Assembly (NCBI RefSeq): GCF_006345805.1
Contig: NW_021836938.1
Span: 1-22,485 of the forward strand
Direction of reading: 5' to 3'
Origin: Octopus sinensis
Taxonomy: Eukaryota
Length of the DNA stretch: 22,485 nt
The translations under genes and the position numbers were made by a program. The notes below the pieces were generated by a model, which saw only the letters and a list, made by a program, of their open reading frames with translations, was not told the DNA's origin and did no database searches. Position 1 is the first letter of the stretch. Each line of letters begins with the position of its first letter. Shown piece after piece: positions 1-11,727 of this stretch.

Positions 1-212
1 GAAGGAAGGGGTGATGGCAAACTGATAGTGTGAGTATATGTGTGTGTATGTAAAAGGGAGGTATGTGAATGTTTGTGTGTGTTGTGTGTGTGTACGTGTG
101 TGCAATGGAAGTGGAATGGTGAAAATTCAATGCTGAAAAGAAAAATCAAACAGCGTTTCAACCCTGTGTGAGTATATGTGTGTATATGCGTGCATGTACA
201 AAGGAAGCATGC

Positions 213-603
213 TCTTTGTTCTTTTACTTGTTTCAGTCATTTGACTGTGGCCATGCTGGATCACTGCCTTTAGTCGAGCAAATCAACCCCAGGACTTATT
301 CTTTGTAAGCCTAGTACTTATTCTATCGGTCTCTTCAGCCAAACCACTAAGTTATGGGGATGTAAACACACCAGCATCGGTTGTCAAGTGATGTTGGGGG
401 CAGGGGGGACAAACACAGACACACAAACATACACACACACATATATACATATATACAACGGGCTTCTTTCAGTTTCCATCTACCAAATCCACTCACAAGG
501 CTTTGGTCAGCCTGAGGCTATAGTAGAAGACTCTTGCCCAAGGTGCCAAGCAGTGGGACTGAACACAGAACCATCTGATGGGTAAGCAAGTTACTTACTA
601 CAC
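213..603 (-). mobile_element. tRNA-derived SINE, family A, near full length
   Basis: Reverse complement aligns end to end with the + copies at 13247-13680 and 21749-22197: tRNA-like head, internal (TA)/(TG) tract, 3' end ...CAGCATGGCCACAGTCAAATGACTGAAACAAGTAAAAG. Confidence 0.9.
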
Positions 604-785
604 GTAAGTATGAGAATGTTTGTATGTGAACCAGCTTTCTTTCAGTAACAAATGATGATCAATATCACATTTCAAAAGACAACTGCTAGATAACATTGAC
701 AAGTGTATTAATTTGATTTACCATCCATATTCATATATAGAATACTACAATTAGCCATCATTTTTGACGCCATGGGGCCAGATAG

Positions 786-1228
786 TATAATAATAATGGA
801 ATTATTGTGTATAGTGTTCAGGTGCACTACAGCTCATCAAAGGTGCATGTATAGTACGTAGAATTATGTGGAAAAGTCAGGAAAGTGAACAATATATGAG
901 TCATGATATACATGTTGCATGTGTATGGAGGGAGAGGATATCAGGTGTACTGTTAGCAAATTTCAGGAAGCATGGAGGTTTTAAAGGATGCAATGTCTCA
1001 GCAACTAACAACTGATGCAGGTAGTTTGTTTCATGCTTCGGCAACTCTGAGTGTGAAAAAATGTTTCCGAAAGTCATGGGAGCTGTGCTGTTTTCTGACT
1101 TTGTAGGCATACCCACGTGTGTTAAACACATGGAGCTCAAATAGGTGCTCAATGTGGTTGTTGGCATGATGGTTAATAATTGTGTAGGTGTTTACCAAGT
1201 CAGTTTCCAGACGTCTGAGCTTCAATGT
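786..1228 (-). mobile_element. CR1/L2-like LINE, 5'-truncated 3' end (ORF2 C-terminus, 3' UTR, (ATT)n tail)
   Basis: Minus frame reads KLRRLETDLVNTYTIIN...NTRGYAYKVRKQHSSHDFRKHFFTLRVAEA*NKLPASVVSC*DIASFK, matching the CR1/L2 ORF2 C-terminal pattern (DL..YK..TRGH..K..RK.FF..RV...WN.LP..VV...FK). It has in-frame stops and a short ATT tail at 786-797. Confidence 0.85.
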
Positions 1229-1403
1229 TTAGTGGTATTTTATCCCTCTGTACATTCTGAGTTCAAATTCCACCAAGGTCAGCTTTGGCTTTCATCTATT
1301 CAGGATCACTGAAGTAAGTACCAGCTGAGCACTGGAGTCAATGTGCTTGACTTATTCACTCAATCGCCCTCCCTGAAATTGCAGGACTTGTGTCAAATAA
1401 TTT
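1229..1403 (+). mobile_element. tRNA-derived SINE, family B, 5'-truncated and degenerate
   Basis: B-box GAGTTCAAATTCC followed by ...GCTTTCATC...TAAGTACCAG..., homologous to the copy at 10878-11084. Confidence 0.75.
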
Positions 1404-1598
1404 CTACTAAAGGTGCAAGGCCTGAAATTTTGGATGAGGGATTAAGTCAGTTACATGTACTGGTTCTTAATTCATTGACCCTCAAAGGATGAAAGGCTAA
1501 GTCAACCTTTGCAGAATTCAAACTCAGAACATAAGAACAGAGAAAATGCTGCTAAATTTTAAAACCAGCGTACTGATAATACTACCAGCTTACTGCTT
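1404..1598 (-). mobile_element. SINE family B, degenerate
   Basis: AAGGCCTGAAATTTT...GGATGAAAGG...GAATTCAAACTCAGAAC, homologous to 1723-1936. Confidence 0.75.
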
Positions 1599-1633
<35 letters not shown>

Positions 1634-1666
1634 ATAATAATAATAATAATATAATAATAATAATAA

Positions 1667-1710
<44 letters not shown>

Positions 1711-1956
1711 TAATAATAATAATTCTATCTATTATAGGCAGAAGGCCTGAAATTTTGGGGGAGGGGACAGTCGATTAGATCAACCCCAGTATGCAGCTGG
1801 TACTTAATTTATTGACCTCAAAAGGATGAAAAGCGAAGTCGACCTCAGCAGAATTTGAACTCAGAACATAGCAGCAGACAAAATACCGCTAAGGAATTCG
1901 CCCAGCATGCTAATGATTCTGCCAGCTCACCGCCTTCATAATGATAATAATGATGG

Positions 1957-2011
<55 letters not shown>

Positions 2012-2040
2012 AATAATAATAATAATAATAACAGCAACAA
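1598..2040. repeat. Trinucleotide microsatellites (TAC)n, (TAA)n, (GAT)n, (AAT)n flanking the SINE
   Basis: Directly visible tracts. Confidence 0.95.
1723..1936 (-). mobile_element. SINE family B, full length; the (TAA)n tract at ~1632-1722 is its tail
   Basis: Reverse complement starts AAGGCGGTGAGCTGGCAGAATC (A-box), contains GAGTTCAAATTC (B-box) and ends in (ATT)n. Confidence 0.88.
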
Positions 2041-2113
2041 CATGAATAAGACTAAAAACAATAACAATCATAATAATCATGATAATGATAACAGAAACAA
2101 CAACAACGACAAT

Positions 2114-2314
2114 CCCCTCTCTCTCTTTCGGAGAGGCACTGAGCAGCTATACGCACACATACACACACGGCAGTAACTTCCACCTACCGAATTCAATCAC
2201 AAAGCTCCGGTCGGCTCGGGGCTATAGTGTAAGACACCCACCCAAAGTGCCATGCAGTGGGACTGAACCTGAAACTATGTAGCTAGGAAGCAAGCTCCCT
2301 AACCACACAGCCAT
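2114..2314 (-). mobile_element. SINE sharing the family A tRNA-like head but with a different short 3' end
   Basis: GGGGCTATAG...GTGCCATGCAGTGGGACTGAACC...AACCACACAGCC matches the family A head; the 3' part (GGAGAGGCACTGAGCAGCTATAC) is not in family A copies. Confidence 0.7.
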
Positions 2315-2349
2315 AAGAAAACAATATCAACAGCCATCTGTACTATAAT

Positions 2350-2720
2350 TAAGAAAGCTGTAATAATAATGATAACAACAGCCAGTAACAACAACAACAA
2401 CAACAACAAAAATAACAACTGTAATAACAACGGAAATATGAAGAATATTCATAAGAATCCAATAACATGAACCATAATGATAACGATGATAATAACAGCA
2501 GCTATTAGGATGACAAGAGTAGTAACTATAGCAACATCAACAACAACAACGACAACAAAATCAACAAAAATGACAACAACAACAAAAGCATCACCAAGTT
2601 CACCAAGAATAACAGGAACAACAATAACACCAGCCACGAAAATAACAACAACAATAATGATAGTCACAAAGCCAACAACAAGACCAACAAGACCAACAAC
2701 AAAACAAAAAAACAGCTATG

Positions 2721-2755
<35 letters not shown>

Positions 2756-2930
2756 CGGAAGCAGCACCACCAACATTACCAAGAATGATAATAATAACAA
2801 CAACAGCAACAACTACAAAAGCAACACTGACATGAACAAGAATAACAACAATAGTAATAGCAACAACAACAGCAACAACAACAACAACAACATCACCAAG
2901 ATAACACAAAAACAACAACAGCAATGACAA
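2350..2930. repeat. Compound degenerate (AAC)/(AAT) low-complexity region
   Basis: Directly visible; source of the poly-N/Q/T ORFs. Confidence 0.9.
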
Positions 2931-3224
2931 CAATAGTGAGGAATCGGCCAACAGAAAATCCTTTTTATCAGTCTGTGAGATAAACATATGTGTTGACATT
3001 ATGTTGTAATATATCTTGCTTTACTTTATAATCTTAACACTCAGGTCTCCTCCTCATCCTCATCCTCATCCTCCTCTCGCTCACTCCTACGCCTCTTTCC
3101 TACCACTTACCGGTCTGTCTCTTCTGATACAAGACTTAAGCAGTCCTACCGCCCCACCCGCCGGAACCCTAATCCAAATGGACACTAAAGAATAGCTTGC
3201 TTGATTTGATCGCAAAACTTATAG

Positions 3225-3660
3225 CATATGTGTATATGCATGTATGTGTGTATGTATGTGCATGTGTGTGTGTGTATATGTTTGTGTGTGTGTGCATGTT
3301 TGAGTTAACTAAATGTAAATGCTATGTGCATACATGTATGGGTATGTGTACATGTGTGTGTGTGTGTGTGTGTGTGTTTGTATTTAAATATCTATATATG
3401 TATAAAGGGTTAGGTTAAATCCTTAAATCCTTAAAAATGTTTTAGCCCGAAGGCCGTGGCCATGCTGGGGCACCACCGCTGTTTCATTATTATTAGTATA
3501 TATGTGTGTGTTATATATATATAGATAGATATAGATTGACAGATAGTTAGACTGATAGCTAGCTAGACAGATAGATAGACAGATAGATAGATAGATACAT
3601 ACATACATACATACATACATACATACATACATACATACATACATACATACATACATACAT
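3225..3660. repeat. (TG)n, (GATA)n and (CATA)n microsatellites
   Basis: Directly visible; pure (CATA)n at about 3596-3660. Confidence 0.95.
3416..3477 (-). mobile_element. 3'-terminal fragment of a family A-related SINE
   Basis: GGCCATGCTGGGGCACC matches the GGTGCTCCAGCATGGCC motif near the family A 3' end. Confidence 0.55.
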
Positions 3661-3661
3661 T

Positions 3662-3905
3662 ACATATAAGCACAACAGATAGAGAAGAGAAACTGTGCAA
3701 GATTGTGGAAACTAGCTGCCCAGCAGATGTTAACATAAAGCTGAAGATCACTGAAAAAGAGAACACCTATGTCAAACTATTGAGAAATCTGCAGTTACTC
3801 TATCCAGATTCCAATTTCAGGTTTATACATGTAATTATTGAGGCCTTAGGATATGTGACACACTGCCTAAATAACAAATATTGAGAAATTACGCTTCTCA
3901 AAACA
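3662..3905 (+). mobile_element. Fragment of an R4/Dong-like (R2-group) non-LTR retrotransposon: restriction-like endonuclease domain
   Basis: Frame from 3678 reads DREEKLCKIVETSCPADVNIKLKITEKENTYVKLLRNLQLLYPDSNFRFIHVIIEALGYVTHCLN, resembling the C-terminal RLE region (hydrophobic-E-x-S-C-P...K..EK...Y...P.IIGALG). A frameshift follows at ~3875. Confidence 0.75.
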
Positions 3906-3989
3906 AGCCCTTTGCTAAAATGCTTTACACAAAAAGTATACTTTTACTATATTTACAAAGTACTTATTTCCATTAAAATACATACACAC

Positions 3990-4065
3990 ATCTGTATATA
4001 TATATATATGTATATATATATGTATATACATATATATATATATATACATAATATATATATATATA

Positions 4066-4099
<34 letters not shown>

Positions 4100-4205
4100 A
4101 TACATATATATACACAGACATATACACACATACATATGGATGTATGATGTATGTATGTACGTGTATATGTATACTTGTATATACTTATGCATACACATGT
4201 ACATA
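3990..4205. repeat. (TA)n-rich microsatellite
   Basis: Directly visible. Confidence 0.95.
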
Positions 4206-4949
4206 TTAGAGGGATCATGAGAAAGAGGGGAGAGGGGTAGAAGGATACATATAGGAAATTAATTAATCAAGAGCATGTTGCAGGATCAAAATTGAATTTG
4301 TGTCGAGTTATTGTAAACGATGTGATAATTAGTAGTTTTAATTAGAAAATTATGTAAAAGAAATTATACTGCCTGTACATGGAGGAGTAACATGCAGTTA
4401 TTATAAGTATTTAAAATTTCTTTGGCCACACCCACCACCACCACCACTACCACCGCTGCCAACACCATCACCACTTCCACAACCACCGCTGCCACCAACA
4501 CACCCTCTTAGTAGATTATTTTCTTTTTTTTTAATTAATGTTTGTTTACATTTACTTTTTCTTTTTAATTTTTTTTCATTTCTTTTCTTTATTTTCTTAT
4601 TTTGTTTTTCGTTGTTTCATTCGTTACATTTACAGTTAATGATGTTTAGGCCCAGGTCAATCCTTACAAGGCAAAACCCTATTTATGATCAATGTCATTG
4701 GAACTGTGACCATCTCGTCTGTGTATTTTCATTTCGGGCTTAATTCACATACAGTCAGCCTTCACTCCAAAGAGAGTGAGGGCTCGGCAACTTGTACCAA
4801 GCTTTTGCTGGTTGCTTTAGTTACTTACATAATTGTGAGCCAATACAGAACCCTAAACCTTGTTTGTGCTCCCACCCATGGCCCAGTAGAACATCTAGGA
4901 TGGTGGCAGAAGGAGAGTTAGAGAGAGAGAGAGGGGCTGCACCAGAACT

Positions 4950-5100
4950 CAGCTGGTACTTCTTCACAGCTGAGTAGACTGAAGCAACATGAAATGAAGG
5001 GCCTTGCTCAAGGAAACAATGAACTGCCTGAGTCAAGGACCAAACCAACAACCTTATAGTCAAGAGCTTATCACTCTTATCCACTAAGCCACACACATTC
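4950..5100 (-). mobile_element. tRNA-derived SINE, family E, degenerate 5' part
   Basis: CAGCTGAGTAGACTGAAGCAACATGAAATGAAG..CTTGCTCAAG and CCACTAAGCCAC are reverse complements of segments of the + copy at 17727-17982. Confidence 0.65.
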
Positions 5101-5144
5101 ACCATACTTAATATATCTTACATCATATTATCTAAGTCATCTTT

Positions 5145-5211
5145 GTTTGTTCTCAAGCAATAGTGGGGGACATACACAGATACAAAGACACACAGAGATA
5201 CATATATATAT
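5145..5211 (-). mobile_element. SINE family A, part 3' of the internal TA tract (rest of element at 5964-6475)
   Basis: TCAAGCAATAGTGGGGGACATACACAGA matches TCAAGTGATGTTGGGGG..GACAAACACAGA of the copy at 213-603. Confidence 0.6.
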
Positions 5212-5963
5212 ATCGCTCTTATCAGTGATTCTCTCTCCAATGCCCAGTCTCTTTTACAATTTCTTGAACAAGCCTCAAATTGTGTAGGTCTATACCTCAA
5301 TGAGGCCAAGACTGAATACATAAACAAGTGCCTGTCCAACAGTGATTGCATCATCCACACTCTCAACAATACGCCCTTAAATATGGTTTCTGATTACAAA
5401 TATCTTGGGTCATACATATCATCATCTGGAAAAGACTTACTAACTAGAAAGGGTATGGCCTGGTCAGCCTGTAATGACATGCATAAGATCTGGTCATCAA
5501 ATCTAAGTAGAGACTTCAAACTTGAAATCTTCAAAGCCACAGTCGAACCAATTCTACTATATGGCTCAGAAACCTGGACGTTATCAAAAAAGCTTGAGAG
5601 ACGGTTGGATGGAACCTACACTCGCCTCCTTATGAGAGCTCAAAATCTCTCGTGAAAGCGCTATCCAACCAAAATGCAAATATATGGGAAATTACCACCT
5701 GTGTCATCTCTTGTGAAAGGTAAGAGAGTCCAGTTTGCTGGACATTGTTGTAGAGCTGAAAAAGAGGTAATTTCTACTCTTCTCCTCTGGAAGCCATATA
5801 CTCGCAATACCAGAGGGTGTACACTCTCCTACCCTGATGTAATCTCCAGGGATACATGCATCCAGCAACAAGACCTCCATAATGCCATGATGGACTGTGA
5901 AGTCTGGCGTAACATGGTAAATTCCATTGTCTTGACCACGGTCGAACAATGATGATGATGATG
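5212..5963 (+). mobile_element. RTE-clade LINE, 5'-truncated; C-terminal part of the reverse transcriptase ORF with (TGA)n tail
   Basis: One frame 5212-5952: IALISDSLSNAQSLLQFLEQASNCVGLYLNEAKTEY...YKYLGSYI...VEPILLYGSETWTL...S*KRYP...QFAGHCCR...VWRNMV. It begins just after the YADD position, has typical RTE motifs (GL.LN..KT, YKYLGS, LLYGSETW) and a single premature TGA at 5653-5655. Confidence 0.92.
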
Positions 5964-6115
5964 ATATATATATACAATGGGCTTCTTTCAGTTTCCATTT
6001 ACCAAATTCACTCACAAGGCTTTGGTTGGCCTGCGGCTATAGTAGAAGACACTTGCCCATGGTGCTCCACAGTGGGACTGAACCCAGAACCATGTGGTCA
6101 GGAAGAAACTTCTTA
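5964..6115 (-). mobile_element. SINE family A 5' half, first copy
   Basis: GGCTTCTTTCAGTTTCC..TACCAAAT.CACTCACAAGGCTTTGG...GGGACTGAACCCAGAACCATGTGG. Confidence 0.85.
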
Positions 6116-6345
6116 TTTCTTTATTGCCCACAAGGGGCTAAACATAGAGGTGACAAACAAGGACAGACAAAGGGATTAAGTCTATTACATCAACCCCAGT
6201 GCATAACTGGTACTTAATTTATCGACCTGAAACGATGAAAGGCAAAGTCGACTTCGGCAGAATTTGAACTCAGAACGTAACAGCAGACGAAATACTGTTA
6301 AGCATTTCACCCGGTGTGCTAACATTTCTGCCACCTCGCCGCCTT
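6116..6345 (-). mobile_element. SINE family B variant, full length
   Basis: Reverse complement starts AAGGCGGCGAGGTGGCAGAAATG with B-box GAGTTCAAATTC; the 3' end differs from the ATT-tailed copies. Confidence 0.88.
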
Positions 6346-6475
6346 TCTTTCAGTTTTCATTTACCAAATTCACTCACAAGGCTTTGGTTGGTCTGAGGCT
6401 ATAGGAGAAGACACTTTGAGACTGAACCCAGAACCATGTGGCTAGGAAAAAACTTCTTACCACACAGCCACTCCA
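6345..6475 (-). mobile_element. SINE family A 5' half, second (duplicated) copy including the true 5' end
   Basis: Direct repeat of 5983-6115 with an 18-bp net deletion, continuing to CCACACAGCCACTCC. Confidence 0.85.
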
Positions 6476-6479
6476 GTGC

Positions 6480-7100
6480 TTACATATGTATATGAGTCTG
6501 ATGTATGTATGATCTATATGTAAAAATAGCTAAGTATATATAATTTTCATGCATGTCTACACAGTAAACTGCATATATATGATTGTGTTATCATATATAT
6601 ATGCATATATATCTGTATGTGCAGTGTATGCATGTCTGCTTATGTATTCATGGGTGCATATGTACACAAGAATATGGATGTTAGAATGCATTTACATGTC
6701 GGTATATGCAATATATGTCTGTTCTTGCACATGTATGCACATTTGCACTACATGCATTTGTATGCACATGAAGTAATGTAGGCATGTATGCGTCTCCATG
6801 TGCATGTAGAAATATACATATACATGTGTATGCATATGTATGCTTGCATACATGCACGTAAGTGTGTATGCATATGTATATATATATACACACATGTGCA
6901 TACATACATGTGTATCAGTGTGCATATGTATGTATATAATACATAAATTTTGTATATGTATACTTGTGTGTATGTATTTATACATGCTTGTGTGTGTGCG
7001 TATGCATTTATATGTGTCTGAATCTGCATCTGCGCATCTGTCTGCACCAATATGTATGTGTCAGTGCATACGTACGTATATACCTGTCTGTGTGTCTGCA
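6480..7100. repeat. Degenerate TG/TA/CA-rich low-complexity region
   Basis: Directly visible. Confidence 0.85.
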
Positions 7101-7202
7101 ATGGAAGATCTCAACTATTTCCATCATCTTTATTTTTAATTGTTTTTTTTTCTCCCTCTTTAATTCTTTTCTACTTTTATTTATTTATTTACTTAGTTAT
7201 TT

Positions 7203-7243
<41 letters not shown>

Positions 7244-7689
7244 TATCATCATTATCATCATCATTGTAATCCTTATTATTTGGATATTTTTGGTAAAAAT
7301 CTTTCAGCATCTAATTCGAAGGTAAGGGGGTGTCAACAAAATTTCGAGCCTTGAAAAAGACAAGTAAAATTGCTAACAATGGTAGTGCCATGAAAGAAAA
7401 TTCTGCAGACATTAATCCATTCTTGATTGCCTATTCAAGCCAGTGGGTGTCAGAGATGACAGCAAATTCTACTACACTACCTGGAATCATATCCGCCACA
7501 TCACACTTTTGCATAACTTCCACTTGCCCCTCAAAAACAATTCTTTCTGTTACCATTATACTTTTGAGTTTAGCTTGGTTCTTTGCCAAAAGTCTTACAA
7601 AAGACGAATGGTTTTTGTGGTTTTTCTAAAAACTTTTTTTTGGGGCTTTTTAAAGAATGCTGACAATGAGGATAATAAAGATGAAGAAG

Positions 7690-8680
<991 letters not shown>

Positions 8681-8893
8681 CAGAGGTAGAGGGAGGAGGA
8701 GAGAGAGCCACGTCTAAACCTATAGATAATAGGAAAGAGAAAGAAAGGGAATAAAATGAAAAAGAAACAGTAAGCATATTGTCAGTTTTCCAATTGTGAA
8801 AGAATAATGTAAAGAAAATAACAATAAAATAATAAAACACAGCAAAAAAGAAAGTGCACAAAATAAAACAACAGCATGAAATTGAATGATGGC

Positions 8894-8930
<37 letters not shown>

Positions 8931-9123
8931 GCAACAATGAATATATGTGATGATAATGCAACTGTATACCTATGCACATTTGCCCTTTTACAGATAAGTG
9001 CATACATGCATACATACATAAATATATACGTATTGCATAACAAAATGAAATAGTCTATTCTAAAGACTATGAATCAGATTTGAACTAGAAACTAACCCGA
9101 AGACTGGTCCTCAAAAAACAATA

Positions 9124-9131
9124 GCAGTAAC

Positions 9132-9187
<56 letters not shown>

Positions 9188-9365
9188 GTGGTGATGATGA
9201 CAATGTCAATAGCGATGATGGTGATGATGATGGTGATGATGATGATGATGGTTGTAATAAATAAATAAATGAATAAAATTAAACATAAAAAAAAAGAAGG
9301 CCACAGATGAAGTTGGAAGAATTAAATTAATGACTGAGACCGAAACGGAGAAAAAACACAGAGAA

Positions 9366-9404
<39 letters not shown>

Positions 9405-9649
9405 TGTATGTGTGTGCGTATGTATACATGTGTGTGCATTAATATATATCGATGTGTGTGTGTGTGTGTGTGTGTGTGAGTGTGTGTATATATATATGTG
9501 TGTGTATGTATATATATATATATATGAATATGATTTTCTTTTCCTTGTTTAATTCTGGTTTTTTTTTAATCATAATGAATTTGAGAATAAAACAAAATAC
9601 AATATGTCGGTAAAAATTACAAATAATACTGCTGCTGCTAATAGTAATG

Positions 9650-9704
<55 letters not shown>

Positions 9705-9720
9705 CAACAACAACAACAAC

Positions 9721-9775
<55 letters not shown>

Positions 9776-10094
9776 GCAATAATAATGATAATAATAATAA
9801 CAATAATAATAATAATAACAGTAGTAGTAATAATACTCATAATAATGAGAATAATGATATTAACAATAACAAAAGTAAAATGAATAACAATAATTGCAAT
9901 AATGATGATAATGATGATGATGATGATGACAACAACTATAACGACAATGATGACAATGGCAACGATGATGACAATGGCGATGGTGATGATGAGATGAGGG
10001 TGATGATGATGACGATGATGACAATGATGACGGCAATGATGATGACAACAATGACGATGACAACGATGATTCTGACGACAATAATCATGATGAC

Positions 10095-10137
<43 letters not shown>

Positions 10138-10283
10138 TAATAATAACAATAATAACAACAGTAATAATAATAAGAAGAAGAATAGTAACAGTAATAATAA
10201 CAGTAACAATGATGATGATGATGATGATGATGATTACAAATATAATGCTAAGAATATTAATAATGATAATAATGGTAATAATG

Positions 10284-10345
<62 letters not shown>

Positions 10346-10400
10346 AACAACAAGAACAACTACAACAATAATAACTAAATCAGCACTGACAACAATAACA
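9124..10400. repeat. (GTA)n, (TG)n, (AAT)n, (AAC)n and (GAT)n microsatellite cluster
   Basis: Directly visible; source of the poly-I/N/L/Y ORFs. Confidence 0.95.
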
Positions 10401-10678
10401 ACCAATGAAATCAATTGCTATGACTGGAAGAAAAAGACCAAGAAGACAAAGAATTTGAAAGAATGGCAAAAGTGAGAAACCTTTCTCACCGATTCCTATT
10501 TTCGCTATAATTATTAGATCATTCATACAATATTAAGCAGATTTTTCTAAGTCTATTAGAAAATCTCTTTCTGTTCTTTGAGGGTTTTTTTTTGATATTT
10601 TAATCTTTATTTTTTATTAGATTTTCTTCTTTGTTGCTCTTTCACTCTCTCTGTCTGTCTCTGTCTCTCTCTCACACA

Positions 10679-10724
<46 letters not shown>

Positions 10725-10877
10725 TTAGCCAATTTATTTCATCTTTTAACTCCTACAAACCACTGCCTCTGCCATTGCCATCTTCCCCACTACCATCAAC
10801 TATCAGCCACCACCACCACCACCGCCGCCACCATTGTTCATATATCATTACCATTATTAATATTTACTTTTACTTTT

Positions 10878-11083
10878 AAGGTGGCGAGTTGGCAGAATCG
10901 TTAACATGCCAGGTGAAATGCATAGTGGCATTTCGTCCAAACTTTATGTTCTGAGTTCAAATTCAACTGAGGCCAACATTGCCTTTCAGGGTTGATAAAA
11001 TGAATACCAGTAGAACTCTGGGTTCAACATAAAGGACTTACTTTCTCCCTCAAAACTGCTAACTTTGTATCAATATTTAAAAC

Positions 11084-11084
<1 letters not shown>
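10878..11084 (+). mobile_element. SINE family B, full length, with (ATT)n tail from 11085
   Basis: AAGGTGGCGAGTTGGCAGAATCG (A-box) and GAGTTCAAATTC (B-box). Confidence 0.85.
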
Positions 11085-11128
<44 letters not shown>

Positions 11129-11677
11129 GAGAGAGCAGTGCATGCCATTAAAGTGACACTGGGGTAAAATATACGAAGCCCAGTATACCCATCATGACTA
11201 CCCGTCTGATAAGGGTACACCAGGCACATGCATCACAACCATATGTGCGCGACATGGTGATCTCATATCAAGATAAACAGCACATGACCTTGCAGGTGGG
11301 GCCCAGTTAGAATTTTCTTCTGGTCGAGTAACCCATCCCGCTCAAAAGGTCCCTGAATAAGGGTTGTTTAAGGATGTTGAACGAAACATCCATGTTTCCA
11401 GATGTGAATTATTCAAACCCCAAAGAATCCCTCTCAACACATGGCTATGAGGCTCCCCCACTACTTCTGCTCGTGATCAAAGATACACATATCGCCAGCC
11501 ACTAAGGGACATGCTCAACTGGTTAAGGTCAAACAACTGACAAGCAAATCTGTGGTATTGAGCAGAATATTTGCTGTAGCCCATCTTTTATACCAAGACA
11601 AAACAATGTACATGATAACACTTCCAATCAGTTATGATCAGAAGCCATGAGAGCCACTGTCTGGTACTGTATCAGGG

Positions 11678-11678
<1 letters not shown>
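11129..11678. mobile_element. 550-bp ORF-less element embedded in an (ATT)n tract
   Basis: Complex sequence with sharp borders and pure (ATT)n on both sides (11085-11128, 11679-11733). I recall it as a recurrent octopus repeat, but this is not verified. Confidence 0.7.

Positions 11679-11727
<49 letters not shown>

Noticed and set aside
388-585. Recurrent ORFs such as YNGLLSVSIYQIHSQGFG (also 5949, 13280, 20691, 21858)
   Set aside because: They are antisense readings of SINE family A copies; the recurrence reflects the repeat, not a gene family.
3407-3416. GGGTTAGGTT as telomere-like repeat
   Set aside because: Fewer than two full units, so consistent with chance.
4635-4720. Possible 3' stub of another SINE (TTTAGGCCCAGGTCAA...ATGATCAA...TGACCATC)
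   Set aside because: Resemblance is from memory only and there is no second copy in the window to confirm it.
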